Assembly: GCA_965645245.1 (NCBI GenBank)
Contig: OZ287075.1
Coordinates: forward strand, 930,001-994,000
Reading direction: 5' to 3'
Source of the DNA: Massalongia carnosa
Lineage: Eukaryota
Length of the DNA stretch: 64,000 nucleotides
Part shown: positions 61,066-64,000 of the stretch, piece by piece
Layout of the letters: every line of letters begins with the position of its first letter
Numbering within the stretch: the first letter of the stretch is position 1
Position numbers and translations under genes: made by a program
The notes under the pieces: model-generated
Database searches by the model: none
Told to the model about the DNA's origin: nothing
Seen by the model: only the letters and a program-made list of their open reading frames with translations

Positions 61066-63329
61066 CATGAGCCGAGGATCTCAGCAGCCGATGCTTTGGG
61101 CGGGAAGCGGCTAGCAAGGTATGCGGAAATGGATTGATCGATAGCCAAAGATGTGCTATTTGCCATACATCCTCGAAAGGCCCATTTGCCCGTTGAGAAA
61201 AAGATGCACCGAACAAGCTTGTTAGCAAATATAACTTACAAGTATCCATCTCAAAGCTCGGGTACGCAGAATGAAATAATGTTTCGCCCTCCGTTTAGGG
61301 ATGTAAGATAATGCGGATAAATATAGAAACTATATAAGAGCTCCATGATATTGGAAGCCCTACATATTCAGTAGGGATAGCGGACAGCATTCGAAACATG
61401 CATGGCTGATACTTTGAATGCGGGCTTATCATTGGGCGGGAAATGTGCACAAGTTATTCTTCAATCGCCAACTTACCTTGGATGGCGGTTGCATGTTAGG
61501 ATATAGCATAATTCTAGTTTGCACAGACCTGATATTGACTGGCTTCGTTTTTTAGACTATCAAAATGGAGAGTATTTCCGATTCATGGGGTTGACCGCTT
61601 CGCTTGCCCCGTTTCCGTAGGAAAAAGTTAAAGAATGGTAAACGGGTGTGACGCTACGCAGGTATATCCATTGCGTAGTATTCAGTGCCATTAACGATAC
61701 GATTGAGACGATGTTTTACGGAATGGCTTTGACATTGATTCTCTTGAACGCCACGTTTGCGTTAGACCCTCCGGTTATCGGTGGACTACGGATACCAAAG
61801 GCGGGCATCGATGTCAATCCTATTACGATATCAGTAAGCCATGGCCAGGTCGTGAACAACGCTACGGTAAATACTAATCTTAAAGGCTGGTGGCGCTGTG
61901 TCGTTTGCTGGTATAAGCGCTCTTTCTGGGCTGGTCTTTGCACTGTTCCAAATGTTGCATTCCCGGAATTGGGACCAGCCGAAGCAGCTCTTTGCTTGGT
62001 ACGAGATCAACATCAGACAGGGAGATATCTACTCATAACAGTCTAACCATGAATGTAGAGCTGCCTGGCTGTTGTCAGGACACCTCATGCGTGTTTTGCC
62101 TGTGAGTGTTTATTTTTCAGTCCACATTCTCACGCAGAAAGGCCAAACCTGCGCGCCAGGTACCAAGATTTGCTTCCACAAAAAAAATTTTCTACTCATA
62201 AGCCTGACTGCACGCGTTTCACCAACATGTAGGTCTAGAAATAGGGCTTTCCCTTGAGCTAGCAATGACCAGCCTGTATTCGAGTAGCTGCGGCCCCCAG
62301 CCAGATAAACATATCTGTGTATCTGAGCGCCATACTCGTGAGCTAGCCTCTACCCAAAGCAAGCAATGTAAGAACAATTCTTGGAGTGCTCGCAAAATAT
62401 GGTTGCTGATAAGTCATAGACATGTGTCCCGTCGGACAGTCGTGCGAGCTGACTTTAGCTCCTATGCGCGGCTGCCGAACTCGTAAGGAAACAAGTAATG
62501 GGTAGGTTCAATATCACGACTCCATCATGTAGTCGAAGACAGTTTTAGTCTAACATATTCACTGATAGCGATCTGGTTCAGTGGCTAGAAGAAAGCTACA
62601 TGTCGATATTTATACAAACGAGATTTTCGAAAACGCACAAATGCCAAGCGGCAGCGTAGCGGCCTATAAAAGATGAAGCAATGAATTCACATTTTCATTT
62701 GGATACTTGAAGAAATGATGAATGGAAAAAGAATGAAGGGGGGCGGAGGAAATGATGATCAACTATTGCAATAATATGCAGAATCCAACGTATTTCTCAA
62801 TGAACCTAATCTGATAACGTATCGTAGAGAAGCGGAGGATAACAAGCACGAGCGACTACGTACTTCGAATGACAGGGTAAATACTGCACTTGAAGGCTCG
62901 AGTCCACTGGGACATCGAGAAAAAGTGGCACGATGAATAGAAATATCTGAGCCAAGGGCCAGGGCTTAGAATAATAATCCGTAACAGTGGATATGTTGAG
63001 GGTTATCTTGAGACTAGCATATATTAGAAATGGACATGAACATGGGTTGACATACGCCGGTAATCAATGGGAATCGAACGCCAAGGTTTGAACCCAATGG
63101 GTGTTCTAGAGTTATCATCACCAAATGGCTTGCAGTGGCGCTGGTGGCAAATACAAGGTTCAGCCTGTGGCTGATGGCTTTCTTTGCCAAATCCACGTGA
63201 CTTTGGAGATGACGTCCCGCGTGGGTTGTTGCTCTTTATATTTTTCAAGGGCTGAGTTACTTAAATTCAATGGCCTTGGACCACAGTATGACATATTCTT
63301 CTAGAGTGGCTCGTTAAGCAACTCATGAA

Positions 63330-64000
63330 ATGGCGAGAGTACCATTTATTGGGAGATTGTTCTGGTTCGTCTAAATGCATCCTGTGTCTCGGATGGACAT
63401 TTCTAGTTGAGCTTACCCACACACTGTAGGCAAGAGTACTTGGCCCTCATTGGTTCTTTTGTGATAATCTTTCTTGAGGGTTTCATTAGAGTCGTTACTC
63501 TTGGTCTTCGTATGTCCTTGACCAGCATGTCTTTCTCTATCTCAACCTGACTTCGTCTAGCTCAACCTGTCATTCGATTCTGCTACAATCGGTCTAAAAA
63601 TCTTTTCAATTCCCTCTCCTCGCCCCAGGGGAGACAATCTCGTTCTAGAAAGAAATCGTTTGTTTCTTCAATCGCCAACGCTTCAGATTTTGTCGATTTG
63701 TGCGCTCTTTATGGTTATTATGCAGAAGAACACATCGTTCAGACGGGCGATGGTTATCTACTAGGGTTACATCGGTTAGGCTGGCGAAGAGGCGAAGAGG
63801 GTGTAAGGGTTAACGCAGGGGAGGGCAGTGTCTCGAAAAGAGTGGTATATCTCCATCATGGGCTACTAATGAATAGTGAGGTTTGGATGTGCTCAACGGA
63901 GAAAGAAAGATGTCTACCTTTAATGCTGGTTGAGAAAGGTTATGATTGTTGGGTATGTATTTTGGGTTGCTGTAGACGATCCTCAACGCTGACCTGGGTT
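63330..64000 (+). CDS. AB-hydrolase lipase/sterol esterase (Tgl1/Yeh-like), 5' part only
   Basis: Spliced MARVPFIGRLF|WQEYLALIG...; DFVDLCALYGYYAEEHIVQTGDGYLLGLHRL...VVYLHHGLLMNSEVW...GYDCW. Runs off the right edge of the window. Confidence 0.87.

Noticed and set aside
61648..63250. Short ORFs between the HET gene and the lipase
   Set aside because: No recognisable motifs; probably spurious or heavily decayed.

Overview
Eukaryotic, intron-containing DNA from a filamentous ascomycete (Pezizomycotina-like gene structure; species not determinable from the sequence). The first ~40 kb is mostly housekeeping genes: cyclin T/K-like, SCH9, NPL6/RSC7, CLG1, PCM1, PER1, HMT1, NADAR, RPT5, the divergent RRP3-SSF1 pair, EMC1 and two tRNA genes. 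The last ~24 kb mixes core genes (RtcA-like cyclase, complex I 9.5 kDa subunit, WBP1, PET191, a lipase) with accessory genes (DPBB protein, NmrA-like reductase, small secreted protein, OTT_1508-like deaminase, HET-domain protein), three of them frame-disrupted. Three young-looking mobile elements have readable ends: (1) a 393-bp MITE with CAC...GTG termini and a 5-bp target duplication (Transib-like signature); (2) an intact piggyBac-family transposon flanked by GTAT/ATAT rather than TTAA, inserted 41 bp upstream of the NADAR gene; (3) a 5'-truncated Tad-like LINE whose reverse transcriptase ORF gains an in-frame ATG from its own target-site duplication. Other oddities are a hairpin-dense spacer between RPT5 and RRP3, a uORF-rich CLG1 leader, and a TAC[A/G]GAGTA motif cluster. 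Gene calls come from motif recognition and manual splicing; no database searches were run.
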